Sequence record: DRR378314_212 | Direction: 5' to 3' (one strand) | DNA length: 55,816 nucleotides | Notes under the pieces: generated by a model | What the model was told of the DNA's origin: nothing | Seen by the model: the letters and a program-made list of their open reading frames with translations, nothing else | Database searches by the model: none | Translations under genes and position numbers: made by a program | In this document: in pieces, positions 20,063-28,911 of the stretch | Layout of the letters: each line of letters opens with the position of its first letter | Numbering within the stretch: position 1 is the stretch's first letter

Positions 20063-21901
20063 TTAGTGCAGTAAGCATACTTCTTTACAGAGATTTTCAT
20101 TCGCCTGACGCTGAGATACTCCACCCCAATACTCGCCCAGATGTTTGAGTGTTGTCGATGAGTTACACAACAGTTCGGTTAGAGGGTGATTACTATGTTG
20201 CCAGCAGAACCACTGAGCTAAGGCAAAATGTGCCGCGTCAAACGGGATAGTCTTACTGCGATAGGCTTGAATAAGGCTTGTTCTTATCTCATTGTGTTCG
20301 TCTGTCAGTTGCAGCATCTCTTTGCCATCTGACAACCATTGTAGCTGGTTTTGTCCCCACTGTTCGAGCAATTGACATACCCGGTATAATTCAGTGAATT
20401 CATTGGTTAGTGGGAGTGCATAAATAGCCGCCGGCCGTGCGGACACACTGTCTATACGGCTACTGAGGCGCCAAAGGGCATAGCCATTTTTCTTCCAGAA
20501 ATTATCCAGTCCCGGTGACCAGGCAAAACTGGTGCCCAGCATTTGGTAATTGTTGTCCAGTGCCCACCGGTAAATCTCAGCCAGCAATTCAGAGGCGGCT
20601 TTACGTCGTCTTTTCGCAGCTGGTACCGCAATACGTGCAACTCTTAGCCAATGTAAATCCATAGCCCAGTCTTGTTGCAGAAAGTAGCCTATGGCCTGAG
20701 GCAGTAAATTTCCTTTGGGGCGTCTTTGCCCTTGTCTGACTTCTTCTTTTAATGGCGATAAAATGGGTCCCTCACTCATAAGCCAGGCAACCGCAGTAAC
20801 TTCGCCGTTTGTGGACTGATATGCGAGCTTATGTCCGGGTTCGGTCAGCAGCAGGTTAAGGTCATTCGGGCTACTTTGGTAATGTGCGCTGAGAAGAAGT
20901 TGAAAACATTGTTGCAGCAAAGCTTCTTCAAGTTCCGATGCGTGTTTAATAAAAGTGCCGGACTCCCGGCTCCCGAATTGTGTTACTGGTTGCTCGTTCA
21001 GTAGAAAAGTCTCGGTCAGCCACTGCTCTAATGGATCATTTGCGGGCCAGCGTAATGGTTGAGTTAGCTGGTGAACCGATACCTGTGGCAAGGTTTTCCT
21101 GGCCCAGTCGGTAAAGTGCACAGCAAAACCACGACCACAACCTTCATAACCAGCAACGGTTGTGGCAAGCAACCAGGGATTAAATTTTTGGCATAGCTGT
21201 TCTGTTGCCCACAATGGCAGACCCGCAGCTTCATCAATAATTAATGTTACTTCCGAATTACCGGGTTGTTCCAGCAGCTTATCCCAAGCGACGAAATGAG
21301 CTTCCGGCGCTTGCTGTAGTAAAACTTTCGCATTGGCTTTTCGCGGTGCCGTCACAATAATCGAGCTGTGCTCTTTTGCTTGGGCAAGCGCCTGACCTAA
21401 CAAGGTACTTTTACCGCGGCCGCGTTCGGCGGTAATGATATGAGTTTCGTATGGTTTTGCTGTGCTTTGTGTAAGAGCGTTAAAAATAGAGTTCTGCTCA
21501 TTCGTTAGCTGTAGCGTCTCATTTGCTGAGCGTGTTTCAGTTTTGTTGACCGATAAATAGGGTTTGATGTTTGATTCGGCAAAGTGCTTTGCGGCAAAAC
21601 GCTCCATGCGGTGACTCATGGCGTTGCTCTCAGCCGGGAGTAAAATAGACAACAGACCACCGGCGGTAACGGTGCCACAAAGCGCTGCTATGGCGTCGGC
21701 GTGCAAACCGTCGTGGCAGTCTATCCAGACTTGCTCAAACTCATGCCCTAGATAATCGCGGTAACGGGAGAGTACGGCATCGGCATGAGTCTGTAGGTTT
21801 GATAAGTAGATAGAACTTTCAGAGCGAGCCTCGCAGTATTCGCGCCAGAGGCTCGCATCTTGCAGCAGTTGAAGTTGTCGGTAACCGCTGCGCTCTGCCA
21901 T
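20063..21901 (-). CDS. tmcA: tRNA(Met) cytidine acetyltransferase TmcA (helicase + GNAT), divergent at both termini
   Basis: TAERGRGKS, IDEAAGLP, TTVAGYEGCGRGF, LRWPANDPLE, AHYQSSPNDL, RRPKGNL, RVARIAV. Confidence 0.82.
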   Translation of the reverse strand: MAERSGYRQLQLLQDASLWREYCEARSESSIYLSNLQTHADAVLSRYRDYLGHEFEQVWIDCHDGLHADAIAALCGTVTAGGLLSILLPAESNAMSHRMERFAAKHFAESNIKPYLSVNKTETRSANETLQLTNEQNSIFNALTQSTAKPYETHIITAERGRGKSTLLGQALAQAKEHSSIIVTAPRKANAKVLLQQAPEAHFVAWDKLLEQPGNSEVTLIIDEAAGLPLWATEQLCQKFNPWLLATTVAGYEGCGRGFAVHFTDWARKTLPQVSVHQLTQPLRWPANDPLEQWLTETFLLNEQPVTQFGSRESGTFIKHASELEEALLQQCFQLLLSAHYQSSPNDLNLLLTEPGHKLAYQSTNGEVTAVAWLMSEGPILSPLKEEVRQGQRRPKGNLLPQAIGYFLQQDWAMDLHWLRVARIAVPAAKRRRKAASELLAEIYRWALDNNYQMLGTSFAWSPGLDNFWKKNGYALWRLSSRIDSVSARPAAIYALPLTNEFTELYRVCQLLEQWGQNQLQWLSDGKEMLQLTDEHNEIRTSLIQAYRSKTIPFDAAHFALAQWFCWQHSNHPLTELLCNSSTTLKHLGEYWGGVSQRQANENLCKEVCLLH

Positions 21902-21902
21902 T

Positions 21903-23357
21903 TTAGAAAATGTTTATGCCCAAGTATTCAGTTAGTACTATATAAAGACTGATATTGAAAAAGTTAGTCAGCACTGTGTTCAAAAAGACCACCGTTAATA
22001 TCAACGGAATAAAAGAACAGATTGATAAACGCACATATTTTGCCAATAGCGTGTTTGGGTAGCCGGGATTACCTTCAGCAAGCTCCGCATCCAGATTTTT
22101 GCGGCGCCAGTGGAAACTGACAAACAAGCAAATCAGCAGGCCATTTAACGGCAAAATAGTATCGTAAAAAACGTCGTAGATTACATCGAAAACCGACTTA
22201 GGCGTGTCAGCGTAGAAAGTAAACTCAGTGAATGCCGGAACAAAACCAAAAGAGGTCGCGGCAATAAGAGTCAGTACAGTAACGGCGATACCCATAACCA
22301 GCAGGGCTTTTTTACGGCTTATCTTCGCCTGCTCAATAACCGCTGCGGTTGGTACTTCAAGAATAGAAACCAAAGATGTAATAGCAGCAATAAAGGTCAG
22401 CAGGAAAAAGATAGTAGCGGCAATGCTTGCGCCAACATAGCCGACAACGCCTTCCAGAGCGATAAAGATTTGCGGAAAGAAAGAGAAAATCATACTAACC
22501 GAGGAGTCACTCAATGAATCCGGGTTGGTATTGGGATTGATGGCGAATATCGCGGGCAGAGTCATTAAACCGGCGGTAAAAGCAACGGCTGTATCTGTTA
22601 AAGCAACCAGTTTACCTGAGGTCACAATGTCGTCCCTGCGGCTGAAATAAGAGCCGTAGGTTATTAAAATGCCCATACCGAGAGATAACGAGAAAAAGGC
22701 CTGTGATAATGCGCCGTTGATTACTGAACCATCAATTTTTGAAAAGTCGGGAACCAGATAAAACTCAAGTCCGAGCACGGCGTTATCCAGTGACAGAACA
22801 AAGATAACCAGCAGAATGAGCATAATAAACAGCGCTGGCATCAGGAATTTCGCGGCTTTCTCTATCCCCTGACGAACACCACCAAGCAAGATAACATTGA
22901 CGATTATTGTCACTGCAATAAGGAAACCAACAAAGCCGTAGTCGTTTACGAATTGGCCAAAGTATTCGGCGTCGGCCAGCATATCGAGGTTGCCGGTAAC
23001 TGAATGCCAAAGATAACCGAAAATCCACACGGTAATGACCATGTAGAAAACCGCAATCATAAATGGCGTGATAACGGCCAGTAAGCCGGCAATATGCCAG
23101 CCTTTATTATTTGGCGATAACGCTTTGTAAGAACCTAAAGGGCTTTTTTGAGCGCGTCGGCCCAGGCCCATTTCCGCCAACATAACTGGCACGCAGATAA
23201 AGGCGACGAATAACGCATAGATAATTAAAAATGCCCCGCCCCCATTCTGAGTAGCAGCAACAGGGAATCCAACTAAGTTACCAATGCCGACGGCAGAACC
23301 TGCCGCCGCTAATATAAAGCCAATCTTAGAGCTAAATTGATCGCGTTGTTCGCTCAT
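21903..23357 (-). CDS. Sodium-dependent transporter, neurotransmitter:sodium symporter (NSS/SNF) family, probably for amino acids
   Basis: GFILAAAGSAVGIGN, NGGGAF, QAFFSLSLGMG; many transmembrane segments. Confidence 0.9.
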   Translation of the reverse strand: MSEQRDQFSSKIGFILAAAGSAVGIGNLVGFPVAATQNGGGAFLIIYALFVAFICVPVMLAEMGLGRRAQKSPLGSYKALSPNNKGWHIAGLLAVITPFMIAVFYMVITVWIFGYLWHSVTGNLDMLADAEYFGQFVNDYGFVGFLIAVTIIVNVILLGGVRQGIEKAAKFLMPALFIMLILLVIFVLSLDNAVLGLEFYLVPDFSKIDGSVINGALSQAFFSLSLGMGILITYGSYFSRRDDIVTSGKLVALTDTAVAFTAGLMTLPAIFAINPNTNPDSLSDSSVSMIFSFFPQIFIALEGVVGYVGASIAATIFFLLTFIAAITSLVSILEVPTAAVIEQAKISRKKALLVMGIAVTVLTLIAATSFGFVPAFTEFTFYADTPKSVFDVIYDVFYDTILPLNGLLICLFVSFHWRRKNLDAELAEGNPGYPNTLLAKYVRLSICSFIPLILTVVFLNTVLTNFFNISLYIVLTEYLGINIF

Positions 23358-23606
23358 TCTGAACCTTCTTTTATCGTTTTTGTTTTACGCTTTTTAAGCG
23401 CTGCTGTTCAGCAAATTCCAGCAATCCTAGCAAGGCGTTAATTTAACGGCAAGCAGCTAATTACTGTTTGTGCGGCAGAATGCGGGAAATCCGGCTTGGA
23501 AACAAAACTTATTTTAACATCCATGACAATTGTAATATTGGAATTTGTTGCAAGTTATATAACATTTAATTAACTCAGTTTTAACACGCTGGTAAATACA
23601 GGGAAT

Positions 23607-24728
23607 TCAACTCTCTGGAACAGATTGGCGTCTTTTTACCAGCGTGTTTCCTGCAACTGAGTCACCCCATTGCTGCATTTCAAAAAGTCGTGAAACGCAA
23701 CGCCGGAAAGGAAAAGCCAATTGTCTGGCCTGATATAATTTATCGATGTCGGTTTCGGCGGTTACCAATAAGTGACATTTTCGGTCATAGCACTCATCGA
23801 CCAGAGCTATAAAACGACGGGCTTCGTTATCCAGTTTGCTGACAATATTTGCCTGATGTTCGCGCTGGTATGTTTCCTCTACACCATGTACCAGGTCTTT
23901 ATCTGGTATATAAGAAAAAGCCGGAACCTGATGCACCGCTATAGCAGCATAACGATCGGCCAGTTCCATATAGTCGCGCTGACTTCTGGGGCCGGAGCAG
24001 AGAGACATAAAGTCAAAACCAATCACTTTATTGTTGTGCCATAAGCACGGAATTTCACGCTTCATTATCCGAACGGAGGGGGTTTCTTTTGTGCGGCCGA
24101 AATGACTCTCTGCGAGTGAACGGAGCTGTTGCAGCGTGCCTTGCTTAAGGTAATAGGGTAAATCGGCTTCGTGCAGTCGGCGATAATCAACGCCCATACC
24201 CAAGTCCAGACAGTCACACTCCTTATTCAACAACTCTATTGTAGGTTCGAAGCGATGGCGCGCCAAACCATCTCTGTAAAGCTCATTAGGTGGGGCGTTC
24301 GAGGTTGTTATTAAACTAACCTCCTCGTTGAACAGCGCATGCCATAGTCCGGCTAAAATCATTGCGTCGCCAATATCTTCAACGAAAAACTCATCCAGAC
24401 AGATTATCGAATAGTGCTGTGACCACCTCTTAGCAATAATCTGCATAGGGTTAGCTTCGCCCTGAAGGCTGTTCAGTTCTTCGTGGATTTTGGCCATAAA
24501 ATGGTGAAAATGCAGTCGAATAGACTGACCTTTCGGAAGATGTTGGTAAAACATGTCCATCAGCAGGGTTTTCCCCCGGCCGACCGGGCCAAATAAGTAA
24601 AGACTTTTCGGTTTATGTCCGCGAGCAAGTGAGTCCAGTCGTTGCTGCAGCGCCTTTACCGCCTCTAACTGATATTTATCGGGTTGGAGCGCACCGGACT
24701 GAATGTCTTGATTATAGTTTTCCTGCAT
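23607..24728 (-). CDS. zapE: AFG1/ZapE-family ATPase
   Basis: Walker A GPVGRGKT, RLHFHHFM, CLDEFFVEDIGDAM, TTSNAPP, ARRFIALVDECYD; start moved to ATG 24728 because the longer ORF runs through a terminator. Confidence 0.85.
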   Translation of the reverse strand: MQENYNQDIQSGALQPDKYQLEAVKALQQRLDSLARGHKPKSLYLFGPVGRGKTLLMDMFYQHLPKGQSIRLHFHHFMAKIHEELNSLQGEANPMQIIAKRWSQHYSIICLDEFFVEDIGDAMILAGLWHALFNEEVSLITTSNAPPNELYRDGLARHRFEPTIELLNKECDCLDLGMGVDYRRLHEADLPYYLKQGTLQQLRSLAESHFGRTKETPSVRIMKREIPCLWHNNKVIGFDFMSLCSGPRSQRDYMELADRYAAIAVHQVPAFSYIPDKDLVHGVEETYQREHQANIVSKLDNEARRFIALVDECYDRKCHLLVTAETDIDKLYQARQLAFPFRRCVSRLFEMQQWGDSVAGNTLVKRRQSVPES

Positions 24729-24754
24729 GAGCTTATTATCACAAAACGTCAGGA

Positions 24755-24782
24755 CAAAAAGAAGCCGGCTGGGGAAGCCGGC
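24755..24782 (-). terminator. Intrinsic terminator after cnoX
   Basis: Minus strand gccggct-tcccc-agccggc followed by ttctttttg. Confidence 0.75.
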
Positions 24783-24821
24783 CAAACACTGCTGCTAGTG
24801 AACAACCATCAATACAGGTCT

Positions 24822-25673
24822 TCAATACATTGTGCTGTAAAGCTTTCTACGATAGGTCGCTGCCAGAGGATCACCATCGGGTAATGAATTGATAATGTCG
24901 AGTGCGTATTTTTTCGCATCAGCAAAATTGACGTCTTTACCTAATACAGTGAAAACCTGCTGCAGGGCTTCTTCATCACGACTTGCTTCATGAAACTTAA
25001 GTGCTAACTGTAATTTTAAAGCCAGGTCATCGGGGGTATTTTCTACTTGCTCCTGTAAAGCGCGTAGCTCTGGAGAGTCAGCGGCGTCTTCCGCCAGCTC
25101 AAGCTTGCCTTTTATACGTTGGTAGTCACCGTCTTGCTCTACCAGTGGAATCTTAGCGACCAGCTCTTTGGCCTGATCCAACCGGCCAGCATCGACCGCA
25201 GCTTCGGCTAGCAGTTTAAGAGCCTGCATATTCGTGTTGTCTAAATCGTAAGCTTGTTTAGCCAGAGTATAAGCCGTATTCGCGTCACCTTCGCCCATAG
25301 CTGTCTGAGCTTGTTGAATTAAGTCGTCTGACGGACTGGGCAGGTGTTTCGTTAGTATTTCCTGAATTTCACCTTCGGTTTTCACTCCACCGAAACTGTC
25401 AACTGGCTGACCGTCTTTAAAAAAGGCTACGGTAGGTAAACTGCGAATACCAAACTGGGCGGCTAATTCTTGTTGTTCATCACAATTTATTTTGGCCAGA
25501 ATAACCTGGTCGCTGTATTGCATCGCCAGCTTTTCAAGCACTGGCATAAGTTGTTTGCAGGGTTCACACCAGTCAGCCCAAAAATCGATAATAATGAGTT
25601 TTTCTTTTGAGCCTTCCAGCAAAACTTGCTGAAAGTTCTGCAAGTCAAGGTTAACGATATTGGATTCGGACAT
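24822..25673 (-). CDS. cnoX: Chaperedoxin CnoX/YbbN (thioredoxin + TPR domains)
   Basis: DFWADWCEPC, FGIRSLPTV, helical TPR region, C-terminal YRRKLYSTMY; 283 aa. Confidence 0.9.
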   Translation of the reverse strand: MSESNIVNLDLQNFQQVLLEGSKEKLIIIDFWADWCEPCKQLMPVLEKLAMQYSDQVILAKINCDEQQELAAQFGIRSLPTVAFFKDGQPVDSFGGVKTEGEIQEILTKHLPSPSDDLIQQAQTAMGEGDANTAYTLAKQAYDLDNTNMQALKLLAEAAVDAGRLDQAKELVAKIPLVEQDGDYQRIKGKLELAEDAADSPELRALQEQVENTPDDLALKLQLALKFHEASRDEEALQQVFTVLGKDVNFADAKKYALDIINSLPDGDPLAATYRRKLYSTMY

Positions 25674-25724
25674 CAGCTGCGACGCTCCTGTTTTAATAAG
25701 CCACTTTAATCTCTGTTATCAGAG

Positions 25725-25752
25725 ATATGCAGACGCGAGTCCATAATTTCAA
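25725..25752 (-). promoter_or_regulatory. Candidate sigma32 (RpoH) promoter for cnoX
   Basis: Minus strand TTGAAA-N14-CTGCATAT versus consensus TTGAAA-N13/14-CCCCATNT; ybbN/cnoX is a known heat-shock gene. Confidence 0.6.
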
Positions 25753-25755
25753 TGG

Positions 25756-27129
25756 TTAATGACTAAACCAGGATAAGATTTTATCTTTTAATTTGCTGTA
25801 AGGCGGGTAGCGCAAAGCGACGTCGAAACGAAAACTGCGTTTCATCACAGGTTTTAAGTGGCTGAAGGTATCAAAGCCCCATTTACCATGGTAGCGTCCC
25901 ATACCGCTGCGACCAACGCCACCAAAAGGCAATTCGTCGTTAAGCATGAACATGAGTGTGTCGTTGTAACAAACATTGCCGGCAGACACTTGTTGTGTAA
26001 ATAAATCGAGCAGGCGCTGATTGTTGCTAAACACATAGAGCGCTAACGGTTTTGGATGGAGACGGATTTCCTCAATGGCATCCGCTGCTGACTTAATGGT
26101 TATAACCGGCAATATCGGACCAAAGATTTCTTCCTGCATGAGCGCACTGCCGTCTTTTATGCCATCCACTATTGTGGGGGCGATATAACGTTCGCATTTA
26201 TCAGAGTCCCCACCGACAACCACGTTTTCGCCTTCCAGCATTTGCGTCAGGCGCTGCCAGTGCGGCTGATGGATGATCCTGCCGTAATCGCTGCTTAGCT
26301 GAGGGTCTTCACCGTAAAAACTCACAAGCTCCTGCTGCATTGCCGCAATTAATGGTTCTTTCACGCTGTCCTCTACCAATACATAATCTGGCGCAATACA
26401 GGTTTGGCCTGCATTAAGAAACTTACCCCAAATAATACGGCGGGCGGTAACTTGAATGGGTGCGTCGGCTAAAACTACCGCCGGGCTTTTACCGCCAAGC
26501 TCCAGCGTAACCGGGGTTAAGTTTTCAGCGGCAGAAGCCATAATTGCTTTGGCTGCGTTTTCTCCGCCAGTATAGAAAATGTGATCGAAGGGCAGTGCTG
26601 TCAGTTGTTGCGACTCGGCCACCGTTCCAGTCACAACTTTTATCGCGGCATTGTCCAGGTAATCTGGTAACTGGCGCGCCAGTAGGTCTGCTGTTGCTGT
26701 TGCATGTTCAGAGGGTTTTATGACAGCACAGTTGCCAGCGGCAATGGCTGCAATTAAAGGCGCCAGAAGTAACTGTAAAGGGTAGTTCCATGCACCTACA
26801 ATCAGCACAATACCAAGCGGTTCAGGTACTAGTTGGCTTTTGGCTGGCCAGGCCAGTAACGGATTACCAACTTTGCGAGGTTTGCTCCACTTTGGCAGAG
26901 CTTTAATTGTTTGTTTAATATCGCTTTGGAGGAACTGTAATTCAGTTAAACGCGCTTCACTGGGGTGTTTGTTGAGATCAGACTTTAGAGCTTGCAGTAA
27001 AGACTTTTCGTTTTCCGTAAGAAAACGCTGAAGTTGCTGAAGTTGATTTAAACGCCATGACAGCGGACGAGTGAGCCCGCTGTCAAAATGGCTTTTTAAC
27101 TGCTTCAGTGTATTTTCAAACGGGTTCAT
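25756..27129 (-). CDS. NAD(P)-dependent aldehyde dehydrogenase, ALDH3-like (fatty/aromatic aldehydes)
   Basis: EPLGIVLIVGAWNYP, TLELGGKSP, NAGQTCIAPDY, EEIFGP, PKPLALYVF. Confidence 0.9.
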   Translation of the reverse strand: MNPFENTLKQLKSHFDSGLTRPLSWRLNQLQQLQRFLTENEKSLLQALKSDLNKHPSEARLTELQFLQSDIKQTIKALPKWSKPRKVGNPLLAWPAKSQLVPEPLGIVLIVGAWNYPLQLLLAPLIAAIAAGNCAVIKPSEHATATADLLARQLPDYLDNAAIKVVTGTVAESQQLTALPFDHIFYTGGENAAKAIMASAAENLTPVTLELGGKSPAVVLADAPIQVTARRIIWGKFLNAGQTCIAPDYVLVEDSVKEPLIAAMQQELVSFYGEDPQLSSDYGRIIHQPHWQRLTQMLEGENVVVGGDSDKCERYIAPTIVDGIKDGSALMQEEIFGPILPVITIKSAADAIEEIRLHPKPLALYVFSNNQRLLDLFTQQVSAGNVCYNDTLMFMLNDELPFGGVGRSGMGRYHGKWGFDTFSHLKPVMKRSFRFDVALRYPPYSKLKDKILSWFSH

Positions 27130-28583
27130 CCAAGCCCGCCAAGCGTCACCGTTTTTAACTCAAGGTATTCGTCAATACCGTACTTAGAACCCTCACGGCC
27201 AACACCGGATTCTTTGATGCCACCGAATGGATTATAAGCGTGCGATATACCACCAGTATTCACACCGACCATGCCGTATTCAAGCGCATCACTTACGCGG
27301 AAAATACGTGAGGTGTCTTTGGCTGCGAAGTAAGAAGCCAGGCCAAATGGTGTATTGTTGGCTTTTTCAATGCCTTCTTCCTCTGTTTCAAAGGTATTGA
27401 TAGCGACTACCGGACCAAAGATCTCTTCTTCACTAATATCCATGTCTTCGGTTACGCCAGTAATGACCGTTGGCGCATAGAATAAATCACCTAACTCGGT
27501 CATTACTGAACCACCGGTTTCTATGGTTGCACCGTCAGACTTAGCGGCAAGTACTAAACGTTGTACTTTATCAACGGCGTCCTGATCGATAAGCGGACCT
27601 AAGTCGACATTGTCTTCTGTACCTGGCCCTACTTTCAGAGCTTTCACTTTACTGACAACCGCGTCAGTAAATTTTTCTGCTACAGACTGTTGTACCAGTA
27701 TTCTGTTTGCTGAAACACAGGTTTGCCCGCCATTGCGGAATTTGCAGGCTATTAGCTGTTCCGCGGCTTGATCTATATCGGCATCGTCAAAGACCAGGAA
27801 CGGCGCATTACCACCAAGTTCAAGAGACAATTTCGTGACGTGCTCTGAACATTGCTGCATTAAAATTTTTCCGACACCCGTGGAGCCGGTAAATGATAGC
27901 TTGCGAACCTGTGGTGAGGTCGCCAGACGTTTACCGACACTCTTGGCATCGCTAGTTGGAATAATATTGATAACGCCATCTGGAATGCCAACTTCGCTAG
28001 CCAGTTGTGCTAAGGCCAGACTGGAGAGCGGAGTTAATTGCGGTGGCTTAACCACGATAGTACACCCGGCCGCTAATGCCGGCGCAATTTTACGAGTGAT
28101 CATAGCGTTGGGGAAGTTCCAGGGGGTAATGGCCGCACAGACACCAACCGGCTCTTTAGTGACCATTACGCGCTTACTGCTGTCGGCGTTAGGTAATATA
28201 TCGCCATCGATGCGTTCAGCTTCACCTGCAAACCAGTCAACAAAGCTGGCTCCGTATTCGACTTCGCCAATGGCTTCAGCTACCGGCTTACCTTGCTCGG
28301 CACTCATTAATTCACCCAGTGCCTGCTTATTGTCCATCATGGATTCGTACCATTTACGCAGCAGCATCGCGCGTTCACGCGCGGTTTTCTTGCGCCAGCT
28401 TTTCAGAGCTGTCTCTGCAACGTTTATGGCACGTTGAGTTAAATCTTCGTCAGCGTCAGCAACCTCGGCTATTACTTCGCCAGTTGCAGGGTTAGTGACT
28501 GAGAAACGTTTGTCCGTAGGAACCCAGTGACCTTCAATAAAGCAGTCTTTCTTAGTCAGGGATGACATAGAATGTGCTGACAT
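27126..28583 (-). CDS. gabD: Succinate-semialdehyde dehydrogenase (GabD-like)
   Basis: ITPWNFPNAMITRK, SFTGSTGVG, SLELGGNAPF, KFRNGGQTCVSANR, GREGSKYGIDEYLE. Confidence 0.82.
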   Translation of the reverse strand: MSAHSMSSLTKKDCFIEGHWVPTDKRFSVTNPATGEVIAEVADADEDLTQRAINVAETALKSWRKKTARERAMLLRKWYESMMDNKQALGELMSAEQGKPVAEAIGEVEYGASFVDWFAGEAERIDGDILPNADSSKRVMVTKEPVGVCAAITPWNFPNAMITRKIAPALAAGCTIVVKPPQLTPLSSLALAQLASEVGIPDGVINIIPTSDAKSVGKRLATSPQVRKLSFTGSTGVGKILMQQCSEHVTKLSLELGGNAPFLVFDDADIDQAAEQLIACKFRNGGQTCVSANRILVQQSVAEKFTDAVVSKVKALKVGPGTEDNVDLGPLIDQDAVDKVQRLVLAAKSDGATIETGGSVMTELGDLFYAPTVITGVTEDMDISEEEIFGPVVAINTFETEEEGIEKANNTPFGLASYFAAKDTSRIFRVSDALEYGMVGVNTGGISHAYNPFGGIKESGVGREGSKYGIDEYLELKTVTLGGLG

Positions 28584-28701
28584 AATTCCTCCAAATTTGA
28601 GAATAACTCTAATAATGTAGGCAATATAAAAAGAAATGGTTCAACTTTTTCGATTATTTTGATGGAAATAGATGCGTTTGGTGAAAAAAAGGTCAAAGGC
28701 A

Positions 28702-28729
28702 TTGCTTTTCGAGTAAAAAAACGTATAAT
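28702..28729 (+). promoter_or_regulatory. Sigma70 promoter for deaD with a GC-rich discriminator
   Basis: TTGCTT-N16-TATAAT followed by CCGCGG, the architecture of stringently controlled promoters. Confidence 0.7.
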
Positions 28730-28911
28730 CCGCGGTTCCTCAAGGAACACCGCATAACTGATGAGGCAGCGGTCACCCTTGATTCGTGGGGTTGCAGCGC
28801 CTGATTCCAGTCCAGACAGTTTAGAGACTGAACACTGATTCCTGTTGCCGGGCCATAACCCCTTTTTTATTGTGTTTGCCAATGGGCAAACGGGAATAAA
28901 GTGAGACAAAT
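28730..28911 (+). promoter_or_regulatory. Long (~175 nt) structured 5' leader of deaD; candidate cis-regulatory RNA
   Basis: Several stems with alternative partners and a U6 tract at 28863-28868 (see findings). Confidence 0.5.

Noticed and set aside
24729..24785. N-terminal extensions in the ORF track (zapE, also dcaP, acs, ompA, trmB, pilT, tsaD, folB)
   Set aside because: Downstream ATGs match homologue N-termini and mostly have better SD sites; the zapE and trmB extensions begin in terminator sequences.
27835..28437. 200-aa plus-strand ORF, and similar antisense ORFs such as 10412-10870, 43543-43923 and 54922-55380
   Set aside because: They lie antisense to well-supported conserved genes and have no domain signatures.
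28758..28810. CTGATGAG in the deaD leader resembling a hammerhead ribozyme core or fluoride riboswitch
   Set aside because: No GAAA follows the putative stem II and the crcB 5' GAUGG motif is absent, so the required core is incomplete.
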